This document shows positions 8,149-16,567 of a DNA stretch of 64,000 bases, one piece after another. Location of the stretch: positions 315,573-379,572 of the forward strand of contig JBBDHU010000001.1 in the NCBI GenBank assembly GCA_040880705.1, written 5' to 3'. The notes below the pieces were generated by a model. That model saw only the letters and a list, made by a program, of their open reading frames with translations. It was not told the DNA's origin and did not search any database. Source of the stretch: Actinomycetota bacterium (GTDB lineage Bacteria > Actinomycetota > UBA4738 > JBBDHU01). The stretch's first letter is position 1. Each line of letters starts with the position of its first letter. Made by a program: the position numbers and the translations under genes.

Positions 8149-9324
8149 CTAGGCCGGCCAGTCGGTATAGATCCCGGCCCCGCGTTTCTTCAGCTCGTTT
8201 CCTATGACGAGACGCTGGATCTCGGACGTGCCCTCCCAGATTCGGTCGACGCGGATCTCGCGCCATAGGCGCTCGACCGGCTGCTCGCGCATGTAGCCGC
8301 GGCCGCCGAAGATCTGCACGGCGTCGTCGGTGACCCTGCCTGCCGTCTCGGAGCAGACGAGCTTCACCGCGGATGCCAGGGCGTGGATCTCTTTGCGATC
8401 GGCCTCCGTCCGGGAAGCCTGCATCCCCGCGCGGTACAGGAGAGATTTCGCGGCCATGATTCCCGCGGCCATGTCAGCAAGCATGAACTCGATCCCCTGA
8501 AAATCGATTATCGGTTCGCCGAATTGCACGCGCGTCTTAGCGAACTCCAAAGAGAGATCGAGGGCACGCGTCGCCGCGCCCACCGTTCGCGCGCCGATCA
8601 TCAGTCGCTCCTCCACGAACCAGTCCTTCGTTAGCTCGTAGCCGCGGCCAATTCCACCAAGGACCTTGTCTTCTCCGACGCGGACGCCGTCGAACTCGAA
8701 GATCGGATGCTCGAAGTAAGCCGTGTGCGTGTACTTGGGCGTGCGAACCTCTCGGATTCCGGGCAGGTCCTTGTCGACCAGGAATATCGTCGCCTTGCCG
8801 GGATCGCCGTCAACATGTGCATGAACCAAGATGAAGTCGGCTATGTCGCCGGCGGTCACGTGCCACTTGGTCCCGGTGATGACCCAATAGTTCCCGTCCC
8901 TCGTCGCAGTGGTCTTGATCATCGTGGGATCCGAGCCTGCATCTTCTTCCGTGATCGCGTAGCAGTCCCGTCGATCACCTCGGCAGGCGGGTCGCAGATA
9001 TTCCTCTTTTTGTTTGTCAGTGCCCTCGGCAAGAACGTTCGAAGGGTGCCAGGGGATCGCCCATAGGCAGTTGGTTGCCTTCCCCAGCTCCTCCTCGATC
9101 AGGATCTGCTGGAAGGTGCTCAGTCCCTGCCCGCCCTCCTGTTTGGAATGGTTGATCGCGTTCAGTCCGTAGCCGGGGACGGCTCGCCGGATCGTCTGAA
9201 TGCTGGTTTCGGACAGCCCGCCGTTCTCCTCGCATTCCTGTTCGTACGGAAAGAGGTACTTCTCCGTGAACTCCCGGGCCCGCTTCTTGAGTTCCCGGTC
9301 GGCTTCACTCAGTTGCAGGTCCAC
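8149..9324 (-). CDS. Acyl-CoA dehydrogenase
   Basis: Full ACAD architecture, with the active-site region YMREQPVERLWREIRVDRIWEGTSEIQRLVIG. Start placed at GTG (VDLQLSEADRELKKRAREF), which is preceded by GAGGAGA. ACADs canonically begin MDFxLSEEQ. Confidence 0.8.
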   Translation of the reverse strand: MDLQLSEADRELKKRAREFTEKYLFPYEQECEENGGLSETSIQTIRRAVPGYGLNAINHSKQEGGQGLSTFQQILIEEELGKATNCLWAIPWHPSNVLAEGTDKQKEEYLRPACRGDRRDCYAITEEDAGSDPTMIKTTATRDGNYWVITGTKWHVTAGDIADFILVHAHVDGDPGKATIFLVDKDLPGIREVRTPKYTHTAYFEHPIFEFDGVRVGEDKVLGGIGRGYELTKDWFVEERLMIGARTVGAATRALDLSLEFAKTRVQFGEPIIDFQGIEFMLADMAAGIMAAKSLLYRAGMQASRTEADRKEIHALASAVKLVCSETAGRVTDDAVQIFGGRGYMREQPVERLWREIRVDRIWEGTSEIQRLVIGNELKKRGAGIYTDWPA

Positions 9325-9376
9325 TGCGGTTCTCCTCGCCTTGTGGTACTTGTGACGCATCCTAATTGGAGGCGTT

Positions 9377-9898
9377 GTGACGCTGCGGCGAGCCTTGATC
9401 GGCGGCGGGGTCCTTCTCGTCCTGACTGCGGGCGGGCTGTGGTTTCTCTTCGGACGCGGGGATTCGTCCTACGCGGCGCTTCGCCAGGCCGAGACCGAGC
9501 AGGTTCCCGGGACATGGGGGCTCGTTCTGGAGCCGCCGGGCGGGCTCGCTCCGAGGATCTCGCCCGAGCGTGCGTATGAGATCGCGGCCGGCAGCCGTCC
9601 GCCGAGCAAGATGTCGCGCTCACTGGCCCTGCTTACGAACCGGATCACTTATGTGGTCGACGGGGTGGAGTCCCCGATCCAACAGGTGCCGGCGTGGGTA
9701 GTCGTGGCCCACGACGTGTGCATCGCTTCGTTCAAGGGCGAGCTGGTTTCATCCGCCAGGCGTCCCGAGGCACCGGATCGGTGCACGGACAAGAACCTCT
9801 GGATCGCAGGGGTGAACGCGATAACCGGCGAGCGAATAATCGTTGCGAGGGGTTACGACGAGACCGGGGTTTGGAGACCCGATCGCGAAGGCTTCTAG
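9377..9898 (+). CDS. Hypothetical membrane-anchored/secreted protein
   Basis: GTG start after GGAGG. N-terminal hydrophobic helix (LIGGGVLLVLTAGGLWFLF). No recognisable domain. Confidence 0.4.
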   Translation: MTLRRALIGGGVLLVLTAGGLWFLFGRGDSSYAALRQAETEQVPGTWGLVLEPPGGLAPRISPERAYEIAAGSRPPSKMSRSLALLTNRITYVVDGVESPIQQVPAWVVVAHDVCIASFKGELVSSARRPEAPDRCTDKNLWIAGVNAITGERIIVARGYDETGVWRPDREGF

Positions 9899-11185
9899 CT
9901 AGGCTTTTTCCGCGTGCTGGAGGAACCGCTGCCACTCCGATTGCCAAAGAGCGTCGGTCTCGGGATCGAGCGGGAGCAGCATCTGCGACCGCTCGAACTG
10001 TTCGGGCGTGATCAACTCGGATCGCTCGAAGGGACCGTGCATCCTTACTTCATCACCGTTAAGGGTCGCGTGATAGGGGCACTCGACCCACGGTTGCTCG
10101 CACTTCAGGAGAGCGGGAGTCTCTCCGATCCCTTTCAGCGGAGGCTGGTACCCGTTCCACATGAAATTCTCAACGGCCACGTTTGAATCGAGCAGGTAGT
10201 TGACGAACGCGTGGGCCAGGACGGGATTGCTTCCTCCCGGGAGGATTGAGGTTAGGTCGTTGCCGACGATCCCATCCCCGTCGCTCGGCCAGAAAAAGTA
10301 AGGGGGGGAGTGGCTGCTTTTTCCCACGCGCGGCGACGAATAGACATCTCCCGACCATGACTGAGCCACGTCGATCCCTGCAGGGAGTCCATAGTATGCG
10401 GCTTCCGGGGTGACAAGTCTTGGGCCTAGCCGGATAAGGTCGTCGGTCGCCCGTCTGAGCGAGCCTACATCGTTTGTATTGATATCAGCTGCTCCGTTAC
10501 GCAGTAGTGCCATCCCGATGGCCTCCCGATATTCGTTCAGAACGGCGGCACCGTTCTTGTAGCGCCAAAACACGTCGTATGGGCCGTTCGCAAAGGGTTG
10601 CTCGGGAGGGATACTGGCCAGCTCGTCCCGGATCAAGATCCCGGTTCCGTAAACTGTGTAAGGAACCGAGTATCTCTGCCCCAAGTCGTAAAATGGCGCG
10701 CCTCGCCGCGTAAAAGACGTCCAGAGGTTCCCTAGGTTTGGCAAATATTCGTGATTTAGAGGCCGCAGCTCCTTCGACTGGACGAGCTCGCCCAATACTT
10801 CGACAGTGGGAAAGAACACGTCGAAGTCCCGCTGGGCTCCGCGGATTCCCGCAACCCCCTCTTGGATCGTCTCGTAGTTCTTGACCTCGTACGAGACGTC
10901 GAACTTCTTCGCAAAACTCTCCAGGACGTCCTCGTAGAGGTACTCCCGCCATTGATAGACCTTGAGCGTCGCGCCCTTCTCGATCTCGAGGCCGCTCGCG
11001 ATCGGAGGGTTGTCTCCGTAGATCGGCCAGGTGACGGGATTTTCCTTGCGAACCAGGGGGATCGAAGACGTCCTTGGTTTAGGCCTGGTCGGGGAGCACG
11101 CAGCGAGCAGCGACCCGCCCAGCGATAGGCCGGCGGCCGCCGCCGCCGATGACCTCAGGAACTCGCGCCGGGAAAGGGATCGCAT
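9899..11185 (-). CDS. PotD/PotF-like polyamine-type ABC substrate-binding lipoprotein (third paralog), Tat signal
   Basis: MRSLSRREFLRSSAAAAAGLSLGGSLLAACSPT (RR motif plus lipobox). Body colinear with the 704..2044 protein (KVYQWREYLYEDVLESFAKKFDVSYEV, GYSVPY, WSGDV). The 36-aa upstream extension in the track was ignored. Confidence 0.8.
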   Translation of the reverse strand: MRSLSRREFLRSSAAAAAGLSLGGSLLAACSPTRPKPRTSSIPLVRKENPVTWPIYGDNPPIASGLEIEKGATLKVYQWREYLYEDVLESFAKKFDVSYEVKNYETIQEGVAGIRGAQRDFDVFFPTVEVLGELVQSKELRPLNHEYLPNLGNLWTSFTRRGAPFYDLGQRYSVPYTVYGTGILIRDELASIPPEQPFANGPYDVFWRYKNGAAVLNEYREAIGMALLRNGAADINTNDVGSLRRATDDLIRLGPRLVTPEAAYYGLPAGIDVAQSWSGDVYSSPRVGKSSHSPPYFFWPSDGDGIVGNDLTSILPGGSNPVLAHAFVNYLLDSNVAVENFMWNGYQPPLKGIGETPALLKCEQPWVECPYHATLNGDEVRMHGPFERSELITPEQFERSQMLLPLDPETDALWQSEWQRFLQHAEKA

Positions 11186-11293
11186 TCGATGTCCATCTTG
11201 AGATGTGTGGGCCGGTTGGGCAACGGGTATCCCCCTGACCAGCGCACCTAAAGTTTTCGGCCTATTTCTGCCGATACCTAAAACTAGGTACAT

Positions 11294-12538
11294 ATGGTCT
11301 CGACCCTCGCACGTGCTCGGATAAGGCTCCCAGGCAAGCTGGCCGGCATGTTCTTGCTGGCCTCCGGGATCCTCACGATCGTCACCCTTCCGCTGGCCGC
11401 CGCGGACCTGAACGTCCCCGGAACGGCAGCCGTCGGCGTGGCGGCCGTCGCCCTCGGCGTCCTTGCCTGGGTTCTCCCCTGGGACCGCTGGCCGCGATCG
11501 GCAACGCTGGCCCTGGTTCCCCCGGCCTTCGTTCTGATTGCCCTAGGGAACCTGTTCGGAGGATCCGACGTGCACCTCTACGGCATCTTTTTCGTACTCG
11601 CGTTCGTTTGGCTCGGGGTTGCGCACCCGCCGCGCCGCTCGCTCATGGCCGCGCCGCTCGCTGCCATCGCGTACGTCGTCCCGCTCTTCTTCCTCCCGGG
11701 CGATATCGCATCCGGAGTGGGATCGGCAATCGTGACGGTCGGGGTGTGCGTCCTGGTAGGCGAAACGCTTGCCTGGTCGCGGCGCCGCGTTTCGGAGACC
11801 GAGCGCCTGTTGAAAGCGGAGCATTTGCAGACGGAGCACTTCAAGGAGCTGGATGAAATGAAACGAACGGTCCTTCACGCCGTGTCTCACGAGCTTCGCA
11901 CGCCCGTTTCCTCGATCCTGGGTTACTCGGTCACGCTCCAGCGCCAGGGCGAGGACTTGGGTTCTCCGCAAAGGCGGGAGATCGCCACCCGCATGGCGTT
12001 CCAATCGCGAAAGCTGCTTCAGATGCTCGAGGACTTGCTGGACCTCGACCGCATCGATCAGGGTCTCCTCGAGCCGAATCGCGAACCGGTCGACGTGGGC
12101 GCGCTGACCGCCCGGGTCGTTCGCGAGCTCGACGTCCTGCGAGGGCGAGACGTTCGAATGCAGATCCTTCCGATCGTGGAGTCCGTCGACGCGGTGAAGG
12201 TCGAGCGGATCGTGACGAACCTCCTTACCAACACGGCCAGGCACACGCCGCTGGATTCGGTTATCTGGGTGCGCGTTGTGCCGGCGGACGGCGGAGCCGA
12301 AGTCGCCGTCGAGGACAACGGTCCAGGAGTCCCTGCGGAGCTCCGCGAAGCGGTGTTCGAGCCATTCCGGCGAGCCGACTACGCGGAGGGCTCGAGCGGT
12401 TACGGAATCGGGCTGTCGATAGTCGCGCGCTTCGCCGAGCTTCACGGCGGCCGGGCTTGGGTCGAGGACCGGCCGGGCGGTGGCGCGTCCTTCAGGGTCG
12501 TCTTGCCGGGCCCGCCCGCTATGGCGCTGGGTGCCTGA
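11294..12538 (+). CDS. Membrane sensor histidine kinase (HisKA + HATPase_c), orphan
   Basis: About four N-terminal TM helices. H-box VSHELRTPVSS. C-terminal GYGIGLSIVARFAELHGGRAWVEDRPGGGASFRVVLP. No response regulator adjacent. Confidence 0.7.
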   Translation: MVSTLARARIRLPGKLAGMFLLASGILTIVTLPLAAADLNVPGTAAVGVAAVALGVLAWVLPWDRWPRSATLALVPPAFVLIALGNLFGGSDVHLYGIFFVLAFVWLGVAHPPRRSLMAAPLAAIAYVVPLFFLPGDIASGVGSAIVTVGVCVLVGETLAWSRRRVSETERLLKAEHLQTEHFKELDEMKRTVLHAVSHELRTPVSSILGYSVTLQRQGEDLGSPQRREIATRMAFQSRKLLQMLEDLLDLDRIDQGLLEPNREPVDVGALTARVVRELDVLRGRDVRMQILPIVESVDAVKVERIVTNLLTNTARHTPLDSVIWVRVVPADGGAEVAVEDNGPGVPAELREAVFEPFRRADYAEGSSGYGIGLSIVARFAELHGGRAWVEDRPGGGASFRVVLPGPPAMALGA

Positions 12539-12588
12539 GCAAGTACCTCTTTTGCTCCAACCGGTGATTCGCCTATAGATTCCGCTCG

Positions 12589-14211
12589 ATGCCGGACGAG
12601 CGAATCTACGACGTGATCGTCGTCGGCGGGGGTCACAACGGCCTGACCTGCGCCGCCTACCTGGCGCGCGCCGGGCTGAGCGTCCTGGTTCTGGAGCGCC
12701 GCGATGTCTTGGGCGGAGCGGCCGTAACCGAGGAGCCGTGGCCCGGATACCACGTGTCCAGCGCCTCGTATGTCGTGAGCCTCATGCCGAAAAGGATCGT
12801 CGACGAACTCTCGCTGAAGCGCTACGGCTACAGGGTTTCCCTTATCTCGCCCGACTACTTCGTTCCCTTCCCCGACGGATCCTCGATCACCTTCTGGGGC
12901 GATATGGAGCGAGACCAGGCCGAGATCGCCAAGTTCTCGAAGAAGGACGCCGAGGCATTCGCGGGGTTCGACGAGTATCTGGAACGGATAGGCCACCTCC
13001 TTCACGACCTGCAATTCGTGATTCCCCCGAACCTTCGCCTTCAGGATCTGCCGAAATGGGGATCGCTCGCCGGCAGGTTCCGGAACTGGACCGGGCGGGA
13101 CATCGCGGAAGTAATCCGGCTCTTCACGATCAGCGCATCCGACCTGCTCGACACCTGGTTCGAGGACGATCGCGTGAAGGGGGCGCTGGCCACCCAATGC
13201 GTGATCGGTTCATGGAACGGGCCGATGAGCCCGGGGTCCGCCTACGTTCTGCTTCACCATTGGGTCGGGGAAGTGGACGGGCAAGCCGGGGCGTGGGGAT
13301 GGGTCTACGGCGGCATGGGGGCGCTCAGCTGGTCGATCGCCCAGTCGGCGAAAGCGTCGGGGGCGCGGATAAGGACCGACGCTCCGGTCAAGCGCATCAT
13401 CGTTGCGGGCGGCCGGGCCACGGGTGTCGAACTGGAGAACGGCGAGGGCATTCGCGCGCGACGTGTCGTATCGAACGCCCATCCGGTGCTCACATACCTA
13501 GACATGGTCGGCGAGGAGCACCTCCCCGCCCAGGTCGTCGGCGACATCAAGAGGTATCGCACACGCTCGGGATCGGTGAAGGTCAATCTCGGCCTCTCGA
13601 AGCTGCCACTTCCTTCGGCGATGGGAGAGGATGCTGGCAACGTCCACAAAGGCCTCATGGCGATATCTCCATCGATCGAATACCTGGAAAAAGCGTGGGA
13701 CGACGCGAAATACGGCGGCATGTCGAAGCATCCTTACGTCGAGGCGGTGTTCCCGACCGCGCACGAGTCCGAGATCGCCCCCAAGGGCAAGCACATCGCC
13801 CTCGCGTTCTGCCAGTTCGCCGCCTACGACCTGAAACGAGGCAAGTGGGAAAAGGAACGCGAGAAGTTCGGCAAGAGAGTTATAGAAACGATCGGCGAGT
13901 ACTGTCCGGGATTCGAGGACACCGTCGAACACATCGAAGTTCTGGGGCCGCGAGATCTGGAAGAGCAGTTCGGGCTCGTCGGTGGAAGCATCTTCCACGG
14001 CGAACTCGCTCCAGACCAGCTGTTCATGCTCCGGCCGATCCCGGGATACGCCGACTACCGCACCCCGGTCGCCGGCCTTTACCTTTGCGGCAGCGGGACG
14101 CACCCGGGGGGCGGGGTAATGAGCGTCCCGGGATACAACGCCTCCAGGGTCGTATTGCGCGACTTCAAGCGAGGGCAACTCGTCGACAAGGTGCTCGACT
14201 TCGGGCGCTAG
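12589..14211 (+). CDS. CrtI/COG1233-family FAD-dependent oxidoreductase, paralog 3 (most divergent copy)
   Basis: MPDERIYDVIVVGGGHNGLTCAAYLARAGLSVLVLERRDVLGGAAVTEE. Has SYVVSLMP, FSKKDAEAF and C-terminal LYLCGSGTHPGGGV. Confidence 0.8.
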   Translation: MPDERIYDVIVVGGGHNGLTCAAYLARAGLSVLVLERRDVLGGAAVTEEPWPGYHVSSASYVVSLMPKRIVDELSLKRYGYRVSLISPDYFVPFPDGSSITFWGDMERDQAEIAKFSKKDAEAFAGFDEYLERIGHLLHDLQFVIPPNLRLQDLPKWGSLAGRFRNWTGRDIAEVIRLFTISASDLLDTWFEDDRVKGALATQCVIGSWNGPMSPGSAYVLLHHWVGEVDGQAGAWGWVYGGMGALSWSIAQSAKASGARIRTDAPVKRIIVAGGRATGVELENGEGIRARRVVSNAHPVLTYLDMVGEEHLPAQVVGDIKRYRTRSGSVKVNLGLSKLPLPSAMGEDAGNVHKGLMAISPSIEYLEKAWDDAKYGGMSKHPYVEAVFPTAHESEIAPKGKHIALAFCQFAAYDLKRGKWEKEREKFGKRVIETIGEYCPGFEDTVEHIEVLGPRDLEEQFGLVGGSIFHGELAPDQLFMLRPIPGYADYRTPVAGLYLCGSGTHPGGGVMSVPGYNASRVVLRDFKRGQLVDKVLDFGR

Positions 14212-14260
14212 GCGCCTTCCACCTGCTACTTTCTGAGCCCCAGACCGAGGGCTTTCATCC

Positions 14261-15394
14261 ATGGCCGTAGAACCCAGGGAAGTAACCGATCGTGCTCGCT
14301 CCGAATGGCGTCCCAAGGCGACGCTGCCCGGAGACGCCTACCACCGGCCTGAAGTGTGGGAGCGCGAGAAGGAGCTGATCTTCCAGGCAGCGTGGTACTG
14401 CGTCGGTCGCGAGGAGGAGATCGCCGAGCCGGGCGACTTCATGGTGCGAGACGTCGCCGGGGAGGGCGTGCTGCTTGCTCGCGCGAAGGGCGAGAAGCTC
14501 AGAGCCTTCTACAACGTGTGCCGCCATCGCGGAACGCGGCTCTGCGACGGTGAGGGGCACGCGAAATCCAACGTGTTCGTCTGTCCCTATCACGCGTGGA
14601 CTTACGACACCGCCGGGAACCTTCTCGGCACTCCGAACGTTCACGAGGACGAAGGGTTCGACAGATCGTCCAACTCTCTTTGGCAGATGGCGGTAGAAGT
14701 ACAGGACGGATTCATCTACGTGAACATGTCGAGCGACCCGGAAACTCTGGGCGACTTCCTCTCACGCAACCCCGAAGGCGATCCCGCGGAACACACCCGC
14801 TGGGGATTGGACGAACTTCGTCTCGGTCACCGCATCGACTACGAGGTCGCCGCGAACTGGAAGATCATTCTCGAGAACTACAACGAGTGCCTGCATTGCC
14901 CGAGCATCCATCCGGAACTCGTGAGCCTCGTTCCGCTGTTCAAGAAGGGCCTTGTCGAGGGCGAGCGCGGGGCTGAGCTGGTGCACGGCGCACAGACGCT
15001 GTCCATGGATGGGACGACCAACCGCCCGCCCTTTCCGAGCCTCGAGCCCGAGGACTGCCGTGTTTACTTCGGCATGACGGTGTTCCCGACCTTCATGATC
15101 AACTACCAGCCGGACTACGTGATGACCTACCGGCTCGAACCTAGGGATCCGCTCAACACCTTGGTCATAAGCGAGTTCCTATTTCGCCCCGAGGTCATCG
15201 AGTCGGCGGATTTCGATCCCTCGGGTGTCGTTGACTTCTGGGATCTGGTCAGCCGCCAGGATTGGTCGGTGTGCGAACGGGCGCAAAAGGGTGTTCGCTC
15301 GCGCGCGTTTTCCAAGGGCGGGGTCTTCCCCTTCAACGACCGGTGGGTGCACGAATTCAACCGGCGCTATCGGGAGTCGATGGACGAGGGCTAG
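14261..15394 (+). CDS. Rieske [2Fe-2S] non-heme-iron oxygenase alpha subunit (GbcA / CntA / stachydrine-demethylase-like)
   Basis: Rieske motif CRHRGTRLC...CPYHAW, followed by a mononuclear-iron catalytic domain (NYNECLHCPSIHPEL). 377 aa. Confidence 0.8.
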   Translation: MAVEPREVTDRARSEWRPKATLPGDAYHRPEVWEREKELIFQAAWYCVGREEEIAEPGDFMVRDVAGEGVLLARAKGEKLRAFYNVCRHRGTRLCDGEGHAKSNVFVCPYHAWTYDTAGNLLGTPNVHEDEGFDRSSNSLWQMAVEVQDGFIYVNMSSDPETLGDFLSRNPEGDPAEHTRWGLDELRLGHRIDYEVAANWKIILENYNECLHCPSIHPELVSLVPLFKKGLVEGERGAELVHGAQTLSMDGTTNRPPFPSLEPEDCRVYFGMTVFPTFMINYQPDYVMTYRLEPRDPLNTLVISEFLFRPEVIESADFDPSGVVDFWDLVSRQDWSVCERAQKGVRSRAFSKGGVFPFNDRWVHEFNRRYRESMDEG

Positions 15395-15416
15395 ACTCCC
15401 GCCACTGGGGGCTTGA

Positions 15417-16565
15417 GTGGATCCGATCTCGGCCGACACAATCACGAACGACATCTACGCCGGGCCATTTCACGAGCGACAGAAGGCAGCCGGCGGAACT
15501 TTCTATGAGGACATGGGCGGGCTGTGGACGCAAGCCTTCTCCGATCCGGTCGGCGAATACTGGGCGGTCCGTCGCGGAACGGCCATATGGGACGTTTCTT
15601 CGCTGGTCAAGTTTCGGCTTACCGGTTCCGATGCGCTTGCCGCACTCGACCGCCTGACAACCCGGCGTCTCTCCGGTGCGGATCCCGGAGTCATACGTTA
15701 CGGCATGATTCTCGATGAACGGGGCCGGATGCTCGACGAGGGGACCTCGCTGGCCGTTTCGCCGACCGAGGCTTACTTCTTCGGCAACGACGAACGCGAG
15801 CGGTTCGTCGAGCACTTGAACTCTCACACGCGGGACTTGGAAGTCACGATCGAGAACGTGACCACGAGGATTCCGAACATCGCCGTACAGGGGCCGGGGT
15901 CCTACGCTCTGCTTTCAGCGCTCTCGGATACGGAATTCGCCGGGCTGGGGTGGTTCCGGTTCATCCCGCAGCCCGTTCGGATCGCCGGAGTGCCGGGATT
16001 GCTATCGCGAACGGGGTTCACCGGCGAACTCGGATACGAATTCTTCCTGCTCGACGAAGGTGAGGGCGCGGGCCGGCTGTGGGACGCGATCGTCGAGGCC
16101 GGAGCCGCGCCGATCGGCCTCGATGCGATCGAAATGCTGCGTGTGGAAGCGGGTTTGGTTATCCAAGAGGAGGACTACTTTCCCGGCGAAACGGATCCGT
16201 ACGACCTCTCGCTCGATTCGTTCATCGACATCGACGGGCACGCTTTCGTCGGGCGAGAAGGGGCCGCGGAGACGGCTACCGCTCCTCTCCGGCGGTTCAA
16301 GACGCTCGTGTTCGAGGGCGACGGTGTCCCCGACCCTGGGGAGCCGGTTACCAAGAACGGCGTCGTCGTGGGCGACGTGAGGAGCGCCGAGCGCACGCCC
16401 CGCTACGGCGCGATTGCGCTTGCCGTTTTGCAAAGTCGTTCGGCTCGGGAGGGCGACACGGTCGAGGTCGGCGAACGAACGGCCACCGTGCGGGGCCTTC
16501 CCATCGACGACCCGAAGAAGGAACGCCCGCGAAGCGATCCGCTCAATCCCAAGATGGCCGGTTAA
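15417..16565 (+). CDS. GcvT-family aminomethyltransferase-like protein (folate-binding; DmdA/GcvT/DMGO C-domain-like), copy 1
   Basis: GTG start 6 nt after CTGGGGG. GCV_T-type fold signatures (IWDVSSLVKFRLTGSDA, IAVQGP, SRTGFTGELGYEF, EMLRVEAG). Stop is 3 nt from the start of the next crtI-like gene. Confidence 0.75.
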   Translation: MDPISADTITNDIYAGPFHERQKAAGGTFYEDMGGLWTQAFSDPVGEYWAVRRGTAIWDVSSLVKFRLTGSDALAALDRLTTRRLSGADPGVIRYGMILDERGRMLDEGTSLAVSPTEAYFFGNDERERFVEHLNSHTRDLEVTIENVTTRIPNIAVQGPGSYALLSALSDTEFAGLGWFRFIPQPVRIAGVPGLLSRTGFTGELGYEFFLLDEGEGAGRLWDAIVEAGAAPIGLDAIEMLRVEAGLVIQEEDYFPGETDPYDLSLDSFIDIDGHAFVGREGAAETATAPLRRFKTLVFEGDGVPDPGEPVTKNGVVVGDVRSAERTPRYGAIALAVLQSRSAREGDTVEVGERTATVRGLPIDDPKKERPRSDPLNPKMAG

Positions 16566-16567
16566 AA

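Noticed and set aside
12738-14270. 510-aa Arg/Gly-rich plus-strand ORF
   Set aside because: Alternative frame of the CrtI-like gene 12589..14211, with extreme low-complexity composition and no domains.
15417-16565. Canonical glycine cleavage system
   Set aside because: Three GcvT-like genes but no gcvH, gcvP or lpd neighbours. Each is instead adjacent to a CrtI-like flavoprotein, so standalone T-proteins of the GCS seem unlikely.
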